64,000 nt of DNA, from the NCBI RefSeq assembly GCF_009914755.1, contig NC_060946.1; one strand, 5' to 3'. The notes under the pieces are model-generated. The model made no database searches. It was given only the letters and a program-made list of their open reading frames with translations, and was not told the origin of the DNA. The stretch comes from the human T2T-CHM13v2.0 reference genome, Homo sapiens. The translations under genes were made by a program, and so were the position numbers. This document shows, in pieces, positions 39,527-56,084 of the stretch. Each line of letters starts with the position of its first letter. The first letter of the stretch is position 1.

Positions 39527-39979
39527 CTGAGGAAAAAACAAGCAAGAATCACAGTGAGTTGTAGAGTCCCATAAAGCTGCAAAGGCAGATTAGGACTACA
39601 TGCCTACATTAGCAATGGCATTGAGTATGTGGCTCCAGTATGTTCCTATTCTGCCTCTTCTTTTGACACCATCTAACTCCCTCAAAAAACTCTCCACTGT
39701 GTGCCTTAAAAAAGTCATATGGCTTCTTAGAAAAGGATTGTAACAAATCAAAATTATTAATGCAAGACCACTCAGGTTCTTAGATTAGAAAATGGCTAAG
39801 GCTATGACTCATCCAGGAATGACTCTCTGTTAATTAGGAAACATGATATCTTCTAGAAAGAAAAGGAAAATAAACCTTAAAAATAAAAAATAAAATAGGA
39901 AACAATGATGACCAGTATTTAAAGTCAATGGTGGATCTCTATAGTATCAGAAATCATTGATTAATTCAGAAATCACTAG

Positions 39980-40876
39980 ACTGGGGTGGAGGCCGAGGTG
40001 CACCAGGCCTGTATGCCCGGCCAGCCCTTCCTCCGCAGCCAACAAATGCACATGGGTTTTTCTTGCTGTGGCCACAAGGACATCTGATAAAGCCTTTGCC
40101 CCATGGGCACCTCTGGCTTTCCCACCCTGACCTGGAACCTCTGCAAGGGCTGTAGAGTAAGCACTGCCTCTGCACCCCGGGAGGAACAGCGGTCCTGAGC
40201 GTCTCAGATCTGCATAGAAGGGGGCACTGCCCATTCTCATTTCCAGGCTAAAGTCACCCCAGAGTGTGGCTTCACAGGGTGTGTGGAGAAAACCGCAAGC
40301 AGCTCATCTAAGGAATGAGTTTGAAAGCCTCCCGCTTGGCTCTGATGGAAATACACCTGTTCTGGAAATTCGAAGGGGCTGTTGATATGGTCTTGATCTT
40401 TGCCTGTCTTGTCATCAGTTGTCAGCAACAACTGGGCAAAAAGCTCTGGAAAAGCTCTGGAGGCAAATTGAGTCCACAGAGCTACAGTCCACCCTTTACC
40501 CTGGGTCTTAGAGAACTCATCTCAGACAGAGAAAGCAACATGGCCTGATGTGCACCATTGGTTCCTCGGAACCTTTTCCCCATCTGCCTCTTTCAGATCA
40601 CTGATGGGCAGAAAAAGAGTGAAAGCTTCCTTCCCCACTGTAATCTGGAGCAGGAAGTCAAGGGGCCTCTAGAGTGGGAAAGGGGGTGAGCAACTTTAGG
40701 CCCCAGTCTACCAGGTATCTATCTTCTCCCTCTTCTACAACTTATTTCAAACTTCTGGGATACAGTTTCAGCTGAAAAGTTTATTTTCTCAGTCAAAACT
40801 TGTTCCCCCTTAACCCTATCCCCTCTAGAAAAATAAAAGCACACATACATAAAAAAAAAAAAAAAAAAAAAAAAAG
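39980..40876 (+). pseudogene. JTBP1: JTB (jumping translocation breakpoint) processed pseudogene, antisense to host, intron 2
   Basis: Frameshifted JTB-like peptide FQAKVTPECGFTGCVEK...LALMEIHLFWKFEGAVDMVLIFACLVI...ALEK (~40228-40480). AATAAA at 40832-40837, A26 tail at 40851-40876, TSD AGAAAT(C/T)ACTAG at 39968-39979 and 41150-41161. Confidence 0.9.
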
Positions 40877-40896
40877 AGGCTGGGTATGGTGGCTCA

Positions 40897-41206
<310 letters not shown>

Positions 41207-41214
41207 CTACTTAC

Positions 41215-41275
41215 CCTGAAGTCGAAGTCTAGCTGTATCCAGGGGAAAAAACACTGTCATTGCTGTCACACTTCC
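41215..41275 (-). CDS. SLC25A17: SLC25A17 exon 2 (GSVTAMTVFFPLDTARLRLQ), 61 nt
   Basis: Acceptor cttttcag|GGA, donor CAGG|gtaagt; contains the first carrier signature PxDxxRxR. Confidence 0.97.
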
Positions 41276-41524
41276 CTGAAAAGTTTGAAAAAGGCCATTA
41301 CAGCATCACAAACATAGTTTAAGTCACAACTTTTTTTTTTTGAGACAGGATCTTGCTCTGTCATCTAGGCTGGAGTGCAGTGGCATGGTTGTGGTTTACG
41401 GCAGCCTTGAACTCTTGGGCTCAAGTGATCCTCCCACCTCAGCTTCTCAAGTAGTTGGGGTTACAAGCACATACCCTCCAGGTGTATATCACCATGTTTG
41501 GCTAATTTTTAAATTTTTCTGTAA

Positions 41525-41743
<219 letters not shown>

Positions 41744-43143
41744 TAGTAGAGACGGGGTTTCACCATGTTAGCCAGGATGGTCTCGATCTCCTGACCTCAT
41801 GATCCACCCGCCTCAGGCCTCCCAAAGTGCCGGGATTACAGGTGTGAGCCACTGTGCCTGGCCGGGAGTCACAACTTTTAAATGAACAAAAGTTTATTAT
41901 TAGCAATCGATCAAATCAGATTTTTAGTGAACGAATACATACAATATTTTAATCTATTAGGATTAGCAATGTTCAAGCTTCTACTATGCTTTAGTAGAAG
42001 TATTTAATTTTTCAGAAGAAAACTCCTCTTTCTGTCTCTCTCAGACACTGAAAAAGAAAACATTTCCCTGCATATGACAAACTTAGGGGTTTGCAACCTA
42101 GGACACATGTCAAAGATAGCAGGCAAATGGATTTTTAACCTTCTACAGGTCAGTTTCTGCTATCATGAGCACTCCCTGATAACCCCCAAAACCAAAATAC
42201 CCGGTAATTAAACAGACACATACTTTTATTCTGTGCTTAATACATTCACCACAAATTGAAAGGACATGTAAGAATCATATTGTCTTTGAAATAGTAGTTT
42301 GCTTGTGTTTTAAATTAAATAGGAACAATCTCTTTGCCAACAATTCTTTAAGCTCATCCAAGATAACACAATGACACAAATTATCAATGAAAAAAAACAA
42401 GCAAACAACAAGTTTTTCCACTCATAAGGTCCTATATAAAAACCACAAACATATATTTAGGGATGAAACTATATACATGAAACTTCCATTTTGGTTTATG
42501 GTTCTCAATCCAGATGCATACCCACTGGTATAGATTTACAGGCATAAAATCAAGTTTCAGACTGCTGATCTAATAATGGTTACAAAAAAAATTAACTAAT
42601 TAATTAGTTAATTATTTTAGAGACAGTGTCTTGCTATGTCATCTAGGCTCCAGTGCAGTGGCGAGATCATAGTTCACTGTAACCTTGAACTCCTGGGCTC
42701 AAGCAATTTTCCTGCCTTAGCATTCCAAGTATTTAGGACTACAGATGTGTGTCACCACACCCAGATAATTTTATTTTTTGTAAAGACAGAGTCTCACTAT
42801 ATTTACCCAGGCTGACCTCAAACTCCTGGCCTCAAGTGATTCTCTGGCCTCAACTTCCCAAAGTGCAGGAGTACTAGGTGTGAGCCACTGCACCTGGCTT
42901 CATACAGTATTTTAATCATGAGGTAGAGGTTGCAGTAAGCCAAGATCGTGCCACTGCACTCCAGCCTGGGTGACAAAGCGAGAGTCTGCCTCAAAAAAAA
43001 AAAAAAAAATTTTGAATAAAGGCCAGGCATGATGGCTCACGCCTGTAATCAATTCCAGCACTCTGGGAGGCCAAGGTGGGCAGATCATGAGGTCAGGAGT
43101 TTGATACCACCCTGACCAACATGGTGAAATCCCCTCTCTACTA

Positions 43144-43374
<231 letters not shown>

Positions 43375-43918
43375 CTAGGAGCTAGGTCAACTTAAATAAG
43401 AAAATTTGGTAGGCCTATTATCAATTTAAATAGGTCAGCCTCCATGACAAGGGAGAATACTCTAATATTTGTATTCTTCAAAACACATATTGTTACCTCT
43501 CCCCGCCTATCAGCTTACAATTGGTTGTTCAGTCCTCTAGGGTGCCATTAGCACTTATTTATGGCTCTTTCAGCACATATACTACAGTGAAATCCAACTC
43601 TTCTGCTAATTTGTGAGAGTATTCTTTCTATATCTGTGCACATCCTAGATTCTCAATTAAACATTTATTCAATTCACTGTACTTTCACTTATTTATGCTT
43701 TTTTGATGACCCCAACATAACTGTTCTTTTCTAGTCATGATAAATGATTAAATGATACTCAATGTTTCAAGAAATGACACTCAACGACTAAATGATATTC
43801 AATGTCTCACAAAACACTGAACCCACAAAGCTTTACAAATCCTACAAATCCATGCATCCAGCATCCTTGCTCATCTTCAGGAGGCAATTTCCAAGAAAAA
43901 TGGGAGCTGGAAAGTTAG

Positions 43919-44460
<542 letters not shown>

Positions 44461-44507
44461 TGAAGTGAAACACCAAGATAAAGAGAACAGTCAGCCCAAA
44501 CAGCTCA

Positions 44508-44851
<344 letters not shown>

Positions 44852-45061
44852 TCAAATGAGTAACACCAAGTAACAGTTTTATAAATTTAGTAGCACTGGA
44901 AAGACTGGATCAAGAGGGTTAGCTGAAAACCCACCACTGCCTCCTCCCTACTCCAATGATTAATAATGAGAACAGATTTTTATATAAAAGGACTATATAG
45001 AAAAACAAAAAGGGGTCTAATTGGTAGATGAGAATTAAAAGAATACCACAGTGAGACATTT

Positions 45062-46870
45062 CAAAATTTATTTATTTATAAGTGCCATGTAATAATTGTA
45101 CATGTTTATAGGGTGCAGTGTAGTGTTTCAATGCATGTACACACTGTATAATGATCAAACTGGGGTAATTACCAAACCCATTACTTTAAACATCATTTCT
45201 TTGTGGTGATAATATCGGAAATCTTCTCTTCTAGCTATCCTGAAATACGCACGACATTGTTATTTGCTATCGTCACCATAGTTTGTAATAGAACACCAGA
45301 ACTTATTCATGTCTAACTTTTTCTTCTTTTAAAGAGATGGGGTCTCCCTGTGTTGCCCAAGTTGGCCTTGAACTCCTGGGTTCAGGCGATCCTCCTGCCT
45401 CAGATTCCCGAGTAGCTGGAACTGCAGCCCTGTGCCACCACAGTACCTGACTTAAATGAAACTTTGTACCCTTTAACTAACCTCTCCTGGTCCCCCTCTC
45501 CTTCCTACCATCTCTAGCCCCTGGTAACCACTATTCTACTCTCTACTTCTATAAAATCAATTTTTTTAGATTCTACTTATGAGTAAGATCATGCGATGTT
45601 TGTTCTGTGCCTGGCTTACTTCACTTAACATAATATTTATTGTCCAGGTTCATCCATGTCACCACAAATGGCAGGATTTCATTCTGTTTTACAGCTGAAT
45701 AAAATTCCCATTGGTATATTTACATTTTTCTTATCCATTCATCTGTAGATAAGCATTGATTCCACATTTTTTCTACTGTGAATAGCACTGCAATTAACAC
45801 AGATATGCAGAGGTCTCTTTGACACGCTGATTTCATTTCCTTTGGATATATACCCAGTAATGGGATTGCTGGATCATATGGTAGTTCTATTTTTAATTTT
45901 TTGAGGAACCTCCATAATGTTTCCATAATGGCTGTACCAATTTACATTCCCATCAACAGTGTGCAAGAGTTCCCTTTTCTCAGTATCCTCACCAGCATTT
46001 GCTAGTTTTTGTTTTTTTTTTTTTTTTAATGGCTAAGTTGGAAAGTGGCTCACCGTATGCTACACATTTCCACTATGTCGGATCTCACTTCTAGTTTCCA
46101 GCTGAGCCATCTGAGGTGACTGGGCAAGTCCTTTCTCTGAATGTTTCATTTCCCATAAACGAGAAAATAGGTGGAGGGCCTTAGAGAGTTTTGATGTGAA
46201 TAACAGCTATTAGATATCATCAAGAGCTTTTTCTCCAGACGACACTGACACAGGCACACTGGGTTCTGCTTTCCTTATATCCCCCTTCTGAGCCCAGGCC
46301 CTGTTCCTCTCACTTTCAATCCCAATTCGGGCTTCAAAGGACTAGCAAAAGGAGTCCTTTTAATAATATCTAGTGCTCCTTTGTCCCGAAATCTGGCTAA
46401 GGGAAGATTTCAGGGCCTCAGCTGGTTGAGGAATGGTAGAGACAATCCATCCTTGCCCATCTACGCACCCAAGCCCAGAGCAAGTGTGTACTTGGGGCTC
46501 GCTGGTACCTAGATGTGCAAGGTCACTCTACCAGGGCCCCTGTGAAGGAATGGGATCCCTATTTTCTGTCTTTTTTATAATAGTCAATCTAATTGGGGTG
46601 AGGTGATATCCCATTGTGATTCTGACTGGCATTTCTCTAATGATTAGTGATGTTGAGCTTTTTTTTTAAGTATCTCTTGGCCAATTCTATGTCTTCTTTT
46701 GAGAAATGTCTATTCAGAGCTTTCATTTTTTTAATTATTTACTTGGTTTTTGTTTGTTTTGTTTTTGTTTGTTTTTGCTATTGAGTTGTGTGAGTTGCTT
46801 GTATATTCTGGATATTAACCTCTTGTCAGATGCATAGTTTGCAAATAGTTTCTCCTATTGTATAGGTTGT
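45062..46870 (-). mobile_element. L1MA-type 3' fragment, interrupted by an Alu monomer and the orphan insert
   Basis: ORF 45720..45926 ([24 protein letters not shown]) is L1 ORF2-like; L1 3'UTR at the 45062 end. Confidence 0.88.
46012..46558 (-). pseudogene. Unidentified retroposed non-coding fragment (poly(A)-tailed, TSD-flanked) inside an L1
   Basis: The L1 sequence breaks at ~46011 and resumes at ~46559. T16 at 46012-46027; imperfect TSD CTAGTTTTTGT / CTATTTTCTGT. Confidence 0.65.
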
Positions 46871-47340
46871 CTCTTCACTCAGGCCAGCCATTACGCCCAG
46901 CCTGAAGTGTTTTATTGAGTGTGTGAGAAAAGGGTGGGATTATGGTTGACATGCAGGAGAGCCTCCGGGTCTGTGTCGATTGTGAGCATCATCTGTTGTC
47001 TTGTGAGAAAATGGCCCAAGGCCAGGTGTGGTGGCTCACCCCTGTAATCCCAGCACTTTGGGAGGTCAAGGCAGGTGGATCACTTAAGCCAGGAGTTTGA
47101 GACCAGCCTGGGCAACATAGCAAGACACTGTCTCTATAAAAATAAATATAAAAAAGGTGAGGAAAGAAAGAGAAGGAAGGAAAGAAAGAAAGAAAGAAAG
47201 AAAGAAAAAGAAAATGGTTAAGTACTGCTGTTCTGAACAAAGCATTATTGGCTGGGAGCAGTGGCTCACGCCTGTAATCCTAGCACTTTGGGAGGCCAAG
47301 GCAGTAGATCACTTGAGGTCAAGAGTTCAAGACCAGCCTA

Positions 47341-47550
<210 letters not shown>

Positions 47551-47589
47551 TCAAAAAAAGATAGCAGAGGAATACAGAAGAGTAGTTGG

Positions 47590-48087
47590 AATGCTGCAGT
47601 GTGATGAGGACTCAACCCAACATTCCTGGCTTTGAAGATGGGATAAAAAGCCACTAGCCAAGGAATGTGGCAGCCTCTAGAAGCTGGAAAAGGCAAGGAA
47701 ATGGATTATCCCCTAGAGCACACATGTCCAACCTTTTAGGGATAATCCTGGAACATACTGGAAGAAGAAGAATTGTCTTGGGCCACACATAAAATATACT
47801 AACACTAATGAGAGCTGATGAGCTTAAAAAAAGTTCTGTGCATAATTTTTGTGATATCCGCCACACCAGATAAGCAAAAAAGTCCTCGCATTCAAAGGGC
47901 TGGACACGGCTGCAGGCCTAGAGTCTCCAAAAAGGAATACAGCTCTGCTGACACTTTGATTTTAACTCTGTGAGACCCACATCAGTCTGATCTACAGATC
48001 TACAAGAACTACAGAAAATAAATTTGTGTTATTTTAAGCCACTAAGTCTTGGTCATTTGTTACAGCAGCAATAGAAAACTAATACAG
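47590..48087. mobile_element. MLT1 LTR with a nested MER30-like element (~47719-47914)
   Basis: MLT1 motifs (gcctctagaagctggaaaaggcaagg; cagcaatagaaaactaataca); insert flanked by (c/g)cctagag 8-bp hAT-type TSD. Confidence 0.75.
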
Positions 48088-49782
48088 CCGGATTACTATT
48101 ACGCAAATTGTGGACACAAACACTGGGAAGCAGAAGGAAGCCCTGGGCCAGCTTTCAGGTTGACTGACTGGGTGCCACAGTAATACCAGACAGGCAGTAC
48201 CAGTCCCAGCTAGTAACTGTGAGTATGGGAACCTGACATGCCAAAGGTGACTTGGAGCACCCAGCTGGAACAGGAAATTCTGTGCCCAGAAAGCTAACCA
48301 TTATCATATTTTGCCAGAAACCCATTCTACTTTTTTGCTACAATCCCTGGAGGCTGGAAGCAGTAAACAGATAGGCAGAGGCAGGGGGAAAGCTGTGAAG
48401 TGGGGAGGAAACTAAAAGCTGACCAGTTTTAACCAATTAAAGGAAAGGGTACACACACATACACACACATGTATGGATTTCTTTTAGGCTTTGTTAGAAA
48501 ACGTAAGTGTAAATGTGAGGGTTAAATATTTAAAGTTGAAATGTAGGCTTCCATTTCCAGCAATATGGTAGCCTAGACAACGTGCTGCAAAATACCTAGA
48601 AATGTCGAATAAAATATATATAACAAATATCCTTTAAATGCTTAGCTGAGCTTGCAAGAAAGTAAGGGAAATCCATTGGGGCCAGAAAGAAGATTAAAAA
48701 CCTACAGGGTTATGAAGGCTCTTCTATTTTGGTTGTCTGAGGATTTTTTTTGCCAGTCTAATTGCTCAAGGGGCTTAAAAAAAAAGGTGAAATTAACATA
48801 TTATAAAATTAACCATTTTAAAGTATTCCATTCTATATATTCATAATATTATTCAACCAGTACCAAAGTTCCAAAATATTTTCATCATCCCAAAGAAAAT
48901 CTCATACTCATTAAGCAAGTACTTCCCATTTCCCCCTTCACTCAGTTCCTGGCAGCCACTAATCGGCTTTCTGTCTCTATTCTGGATATTTACTCTAAAG
49001 GAAATCATGTAACCTGTGACTTTTTGCTACCGGCTTTTCCTTTCTTGTCTTAGAGATGGGGTCTTGCTATGTTGCCCAGGCTGGAGTACTGTCTGTACCT
49101 ATTCATAGGCACAATCATTGTATACTACAGCCTTGAACTCCTGGCTCAAGTGATCCTTCTGCCTCACTCTCCCAAGTAGCTATGACTACTGATGATTGCC
49201 ACCATGCCCGGCCATGGCTTCTTTACACTTATCATGCTTTCAAGGTTCACCCATCTTGTAGCACATACAAATTCTTCATTCCTTTTTATAGCTGAGTGTT
49301 CCATTGTGTGTATATGCCACATTTTATCTATTCAAAATGTTTTGGAATGAGATAGAGGTGGTGGTTATACAACATTGTGAATGTATTAAATACCACTGAA
49401 CTATGCTTGAAATAAGTTTATGTTGTATGAATTATATCTCAATTAAAAAAATTAATCCTCACAACAACCCAGTGAAGCAGGCACTATCATTCTCTTTATT
49501 TTATAGACAAGGAAGCAGATGCCAAAAGGTACAGCAATTTTCCTAAAGTCAGACAGCTTGTGATAGAATCAGTATTTGAACATAGGCAGCCTGACTACAG
49601 AACTCACGCTCTTACTATAATTAAAACTTTTTAAAAATTACTAATATAGAAATAAAAATTAGAGGCCAGGTGCGGTGGCTCATGCCTGTAATCCCACCAC
49701 TTTGGGAGGCCAAGGTGGACGGATCATGAGGTCAGGATATCGAGACCATCTTGGCTAACATAGTGAAACCCCTTCTCTACTA

Positions 49783-50079
<297 letters not shown>

Positions 50080-51686
50080 TTACCTGAAGCAAAATTATTT
50101 GTTATATATGTGAGTCTTATGCCAAGCTGTATAAGCATATAACTTTTCAGAATTTGAATTAAATTTATCTTAACATAAACACTCATTTTTTTCCCCTGAG
50201 GACTGTCTGTTCACTTACATAAAATTAGAAGGCACAAAATACCGAGAAGATAACCACAATGTACAATACTGTTGTGCGAGAGAGGCATAAAATAAATCCA
50301 TTATTTTGAGTCCCACAGAATTCTAACCATCTATCTGAGTGGGAGTTCTAACGCTGACAGCAATTACAATTTTAAACAATCTATTTCCCAAGAGACACCC
50401 TTCTTTGTATCTCACTCAAAACATTTTTAATTACAACACTCTATCTTCCCACCCCCACAGCATTTAACCATTCAGTGTTGGGAGAATAAGTGACTTCCTA
50501 CACTATATTGGCACTTGAAGCAGTGGAGTCCCTTCAGCTGAGAAGTGAGGAGATGGGGCAGGGTAGTTAAGGGGTCTGCCCAAAGCCAGAGTGGCAGAGG
50601 CAAGGTTACAACCAAGATCTCTGACTCCTACTCCTACTGTTTATTGTTCTCCTACAGAAGTTCTCAACCTTTTTTCAATGAAGACACACATGACGTTGAA
50701 ATTTTCTTTTCCACTTATAAAAGTGTACACAACACACACACATAAGATCTGGGAAAATCAAACAACTAATTCTTAAGAATGATTATATGGGAAGGGAGGG
50801 AATTAAGAGTGGTTTCCATTTCTCATGCTACGCATCTCTGTACAATGTTTTTATAAAGAAGCATGTGTTAAACATTTCCGTTTTGAAGTGGGTAAGAGGC
50901 AAATATTTTTTGTAAAAGACATCAGAACACAAGATATAATACAGTCTAGTGATTCTCAAACTATAGTCTGGAGATCCCTAAAAGTCCCCAAATCCTTTCT
51001 AGGAGGTTTTGTAGGATTAAAAACCTTTTCATAAGAATCATTATGAAATAATAAAATGCTATTTGCCTTTCTCATTCTTATTCTCTCACAGTGTGTAGCA
51101 AAATTTTCCAAAGGCTATGCATAAATGTGTGATATTGCAACAGACTGAATTCAGAAGCAGATAAAAGGATCCAGCTATCTTCTATCAAGTCAAAGAGAGG
51201 TTTGCAAAACTATACATCAATGCCATTCATCTTATGACGTTTTGGAAAATATGGTTTAAAAAATATAGCTTATGTATGTTAACATGTAATGGATGTATTT
51301 TACCTTTTTTTTTTTGTAGAGGCGAGACAACATTGGAATTTTAGGTATGAGCAACCACACCCAGCTAATGTATTTTTAATGATTTTTAATGAATTAACAA
51401 ATATCTTGGCCGGGCTCAGTGGCTCATGCCTGTAATCCTAGCACTTTGGGAGGGCGAGGTAGGAAGACTGCTTGAGGCCAAGAGTTCAAGACCACCATGG
51501 CCAACAACATAGACCACATCTCTTTAAAAAAACAAACAAACAAAAAGGCTCACACCTGTAACCCCACTTTGGGAGGCCGAGGTGGGCGGATTGCTTGAGC
51601 CCAGGAGTTCGAGACCAGCCTGAGCAACATGGTGAAACATGTAGAAACCCAGTCTCTACAAAAAAATTAAAAAAAAAAAAAAATTA

Positions 51687-51998
<312 letters not shown>

Positions 51999-52566
51999 CT
52001 ACAAAAAAAATACATTATTAACAAACTTCATTATTATATACTATCATCTAACCTGACATCATCACACTACCTCTGGGTTGGCCACTGTCCTTTCCAGGAA
52101 AACTCTATAAAAAGGTAAATACCTCCAGGAAGCTATATATTATATAGGATATTAATTATATCCTACAATTAATGTCTTACAGATGATCATTTATTAGGGT
52201 TTTTTTAAAATGATGGGCTGTGATATTATGATGCAAAGTATATATCTGGTCCTCATCCTAGGCTCCTGACACAGAGCTCCTGGTAAAATTCTTGTAATTT
52301 CCTGAATGATAGGAATGTCTTTTGTTATAATAGTGTCTTAGTCCCTGGTTCCTGATACAAGAGCATCCAAGACCCTTGGAATCTCCAGAGTGCTAACAGT
52401 GTCTTTTTGTATACTGGTGGTCCCTATCTTTTAGTGCATTAATTGCATCTTCAGCTGTATCTAATATGTTCAGAAATCTGTGCTTGAATCTGAACATATC
52501 ACTAAGCTTCAACAATTAACAAATTCATAGCTATGCATTAAATATTCTTTTTTTTTTTTTTTTTGA

Positions 52567-52671
<105 letters not shown>

Positions 52672-53789
52672 TGAGTAGCTGGGATTACAGGCATGCGCCA
52701 CTACGCCCGGCTGATTTTGAGTTTTTAGTAGAGACACGGTTTCTCCATGTTGGTCAGGCTAGCCTCAAACTCCCAACCTCAGGTGATCCGCCCACCTTGG
52801 CCTCCCAGAGTGCTAGGATTACAGGCGTAAGCCACCGAGCATTAAATATTCTAATAGTAAATTTTTAATCGATCAAAGCAAAGCATGCACATAGTTTAAA
52901 AAATCACATAGTATAAATGACAAAATATAGCAGTTTTTGCCCCACTCCTCTCTATTTTATCCAATCTTCCTTCAGAGAGGCAATTAAATTCTTCTAGTTG
53001 TTTGTTTTGGAATTTATACATCTCCATATAATAATATACTGATATCTTATTAATCATTTTTAGACATTATTTACATTCTCTTATGGGGAATGAGAATTCA
53101 GCTCTCTTATACCACATTCCCTCTTTTTTTGTGGTTATTGTTTTGAGACAGGGTCTCACTCTATTGCCCTGGCTGGAGTGCAGTGGCACAATCTCAGCTC
53201 ACTGCAACCTCCACCTCTGGGTGGAGGTCAATTAATCCTCTCACCTCAGCCTCCCAGGTAGCTGGGACCACAGACGTGAGCCACCACACCCAGCTAATTT
53301 TTGTATTTTTTGTAGAGACAGGGTTTTGCCATGTTGCCCAGGCTGGTCTTGAATCCCTCTCTTTATTCTCTCCATCCTTCTAATAGTTAAGATTTTTGCT
53401 TAAATCAATATTCAGTGTTCCCATGATTATCATGTATTAACTTTTATTTTTAATTTTTGTTTTTTTTTTTTAGTAGAGATGCGGTTTCACTGTGTTGGTC
53501 AAGCTGGTCTCAAACCCCTGGCCTCGAGTGATCTACCCGTCTCAGACTCCCGAAGTGCTGGGATTACAGGAGTGAGTCAATGAGCCTGGCCAATCGTGCA
53601 GTAACTTTTAAATTGTAGTCATTTTATTTCTAGATTTCTTTTTTTTTTGAGACAGGGTCTCATTCTGTCGCCCAGGCTGGAGTGCAGTGGTGCAATCGTG
53701 GCTCACTGCAACCTTGGCTTCCCAGACTCAAGTGATTCTCCAGCCTCAGACTCCTGAGTAGCTGAGACTACAGGTATGAGCCAGCACAG

Positions 53790-54127
53790 TGCTGGCATCT
53801 GCTTCTGGTGAGGGCCTCAGGTGGCTTATGATCATGGTGGAAGGTGAAAGGGGAACAGGTATGTCACATGGTAAGAGAGGGAGTAAGAGAGAGAGGCGTG
53901 GGTACCAGGCTCTTTTAAATAACCAGCTCTCCCATGAACTAACAGTGAGAACTCACTCATCACCAAGGGGATGGCACCAAGCCATTTATGAGGGATCTGC
54001 CCCCATGACCCAAACACCTCCCACTAGGCCTCACCTCCAACACTGGGGGTCACATTTCAACATGAGATTTGGAGGGGTCAAACATCCAAACTGAGATTTG
54101 GAGGGGTCAAACATCCAAACTGTATCA
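53790..54127. mobile_element. MST (MaLR) LTR fragment with a 29-bp tandem duplication
   Basis: catggtggaaggtgaaaggg...cccatgacccaaacacctcccactaggcc...catccaaactgtatca. Confidence 0.8.
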
Positions 54128-54921
54128 GTCACATAAACGATTTTTAGCCTAAGTTCTTGGGGATTTGGGGGTTCCTCTTTTTTGTGAACAATTCTGCAAC
54201 TGACACCTGGATTTTTTTCTTTTTCTCTTTTTCTTTCTCTCTCTCTCTCTCTCTCTTTCTTTTTAACTTATTTATTTTTAGAGATGAGGTCTCACTACAT
54301 TGCCCAGGCTGGTCTCAAACTCCTGGCCTCAAGTGTTTTGCCTGCCTCAGCCTCTCAAAGTGCTATGATTACAGGCGTGAGCCACCACGCCCAGCCTGGC
54401 ACCTGGATTTCTTAAGAATGCATCATCATCTACATTTCAGGCTACTTACTAAAAAAAAAAGATGGTTTATTCATTCTGGGCTATATCTCTCCTGTAAATA
54501 TCTAAAGTATACTTTTTAATTTGGTCAACACAATCCACATATGAAGTTGGGCTTACAGACAGAGTAAGAATGAAACACTGGGTAAATCTGGTCAAGACTT
54601 AGTCCCCCCAGCGTGTGCAATCTTATGGGAATAATAGATAAGAACATACATAAATACAGAAGCATATTTTCATGCCTTTTAAGCATAAAACAATGATGTT
54701 TGGGTTGGTATACCAACCAAATCACCAAATGTGACTGACTGTTTCTAAAATGTTGATTCATCCTAGCAGGGTGAAAACTAGTGGTGGGGGTAAAAAAGAC
54801 AATGCTAGTCCAAAATCAGTTTCCAGAGGGGTCCCGACGTGGCTGAGTCACAGCAGCACCACTGAAATCAATGTATAGCCTCTCCTGATTTAGAACACTG
54901 CATTATAGAACAGAAAGATTA

Positions 54922-55083
<162 letters not shown>

Positions 55084-55444
55084 TTAAAAAAATTTTTAAA
55101 AACCACCTAAGATGTTTTCTGTGGTTTGAGCTAATAAAATTCTAAAGATTAAAAGCCACTTACAATGGCTTTCATATTTAAAAATGTTATTCACCTCATC
55201 AGAGTTAATGTAAGTCTTTTCCCTGACATAACAATCAAGCTAACTCATACATACACAGACAGATAGGCAAGTTACACAAATGGCCTCATGGATGACACTC
55301 TCGAGTGTTTAGGGATAAAATATAGGTTTACGTCCCAAGTATAGTATATATTATATAAGTAACTTCAAATCTCTATGTCTCAATTTCCTCATTTGTAATT
55401 TTGAGACCGGTATTTGTCAAGGTTGCTATGAGAAGTTAGAATCA

Positions 55445-56014
<570 letters not shown>

Positions 56015-56084
56015 TTATAGCTATAGTATCTGTTAGTAGTAGAAACCACTGTTAATTTTAGGGCCCTAAAAGGAGTAATGTCTT

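Noticed and set aside
40315-40548. 77-aa ORF as a functional JTB paralogue
   Set aside because: Only the middle part is in the JTB frame. It is flanked by frameshifts and lacks the signal peptide and start.
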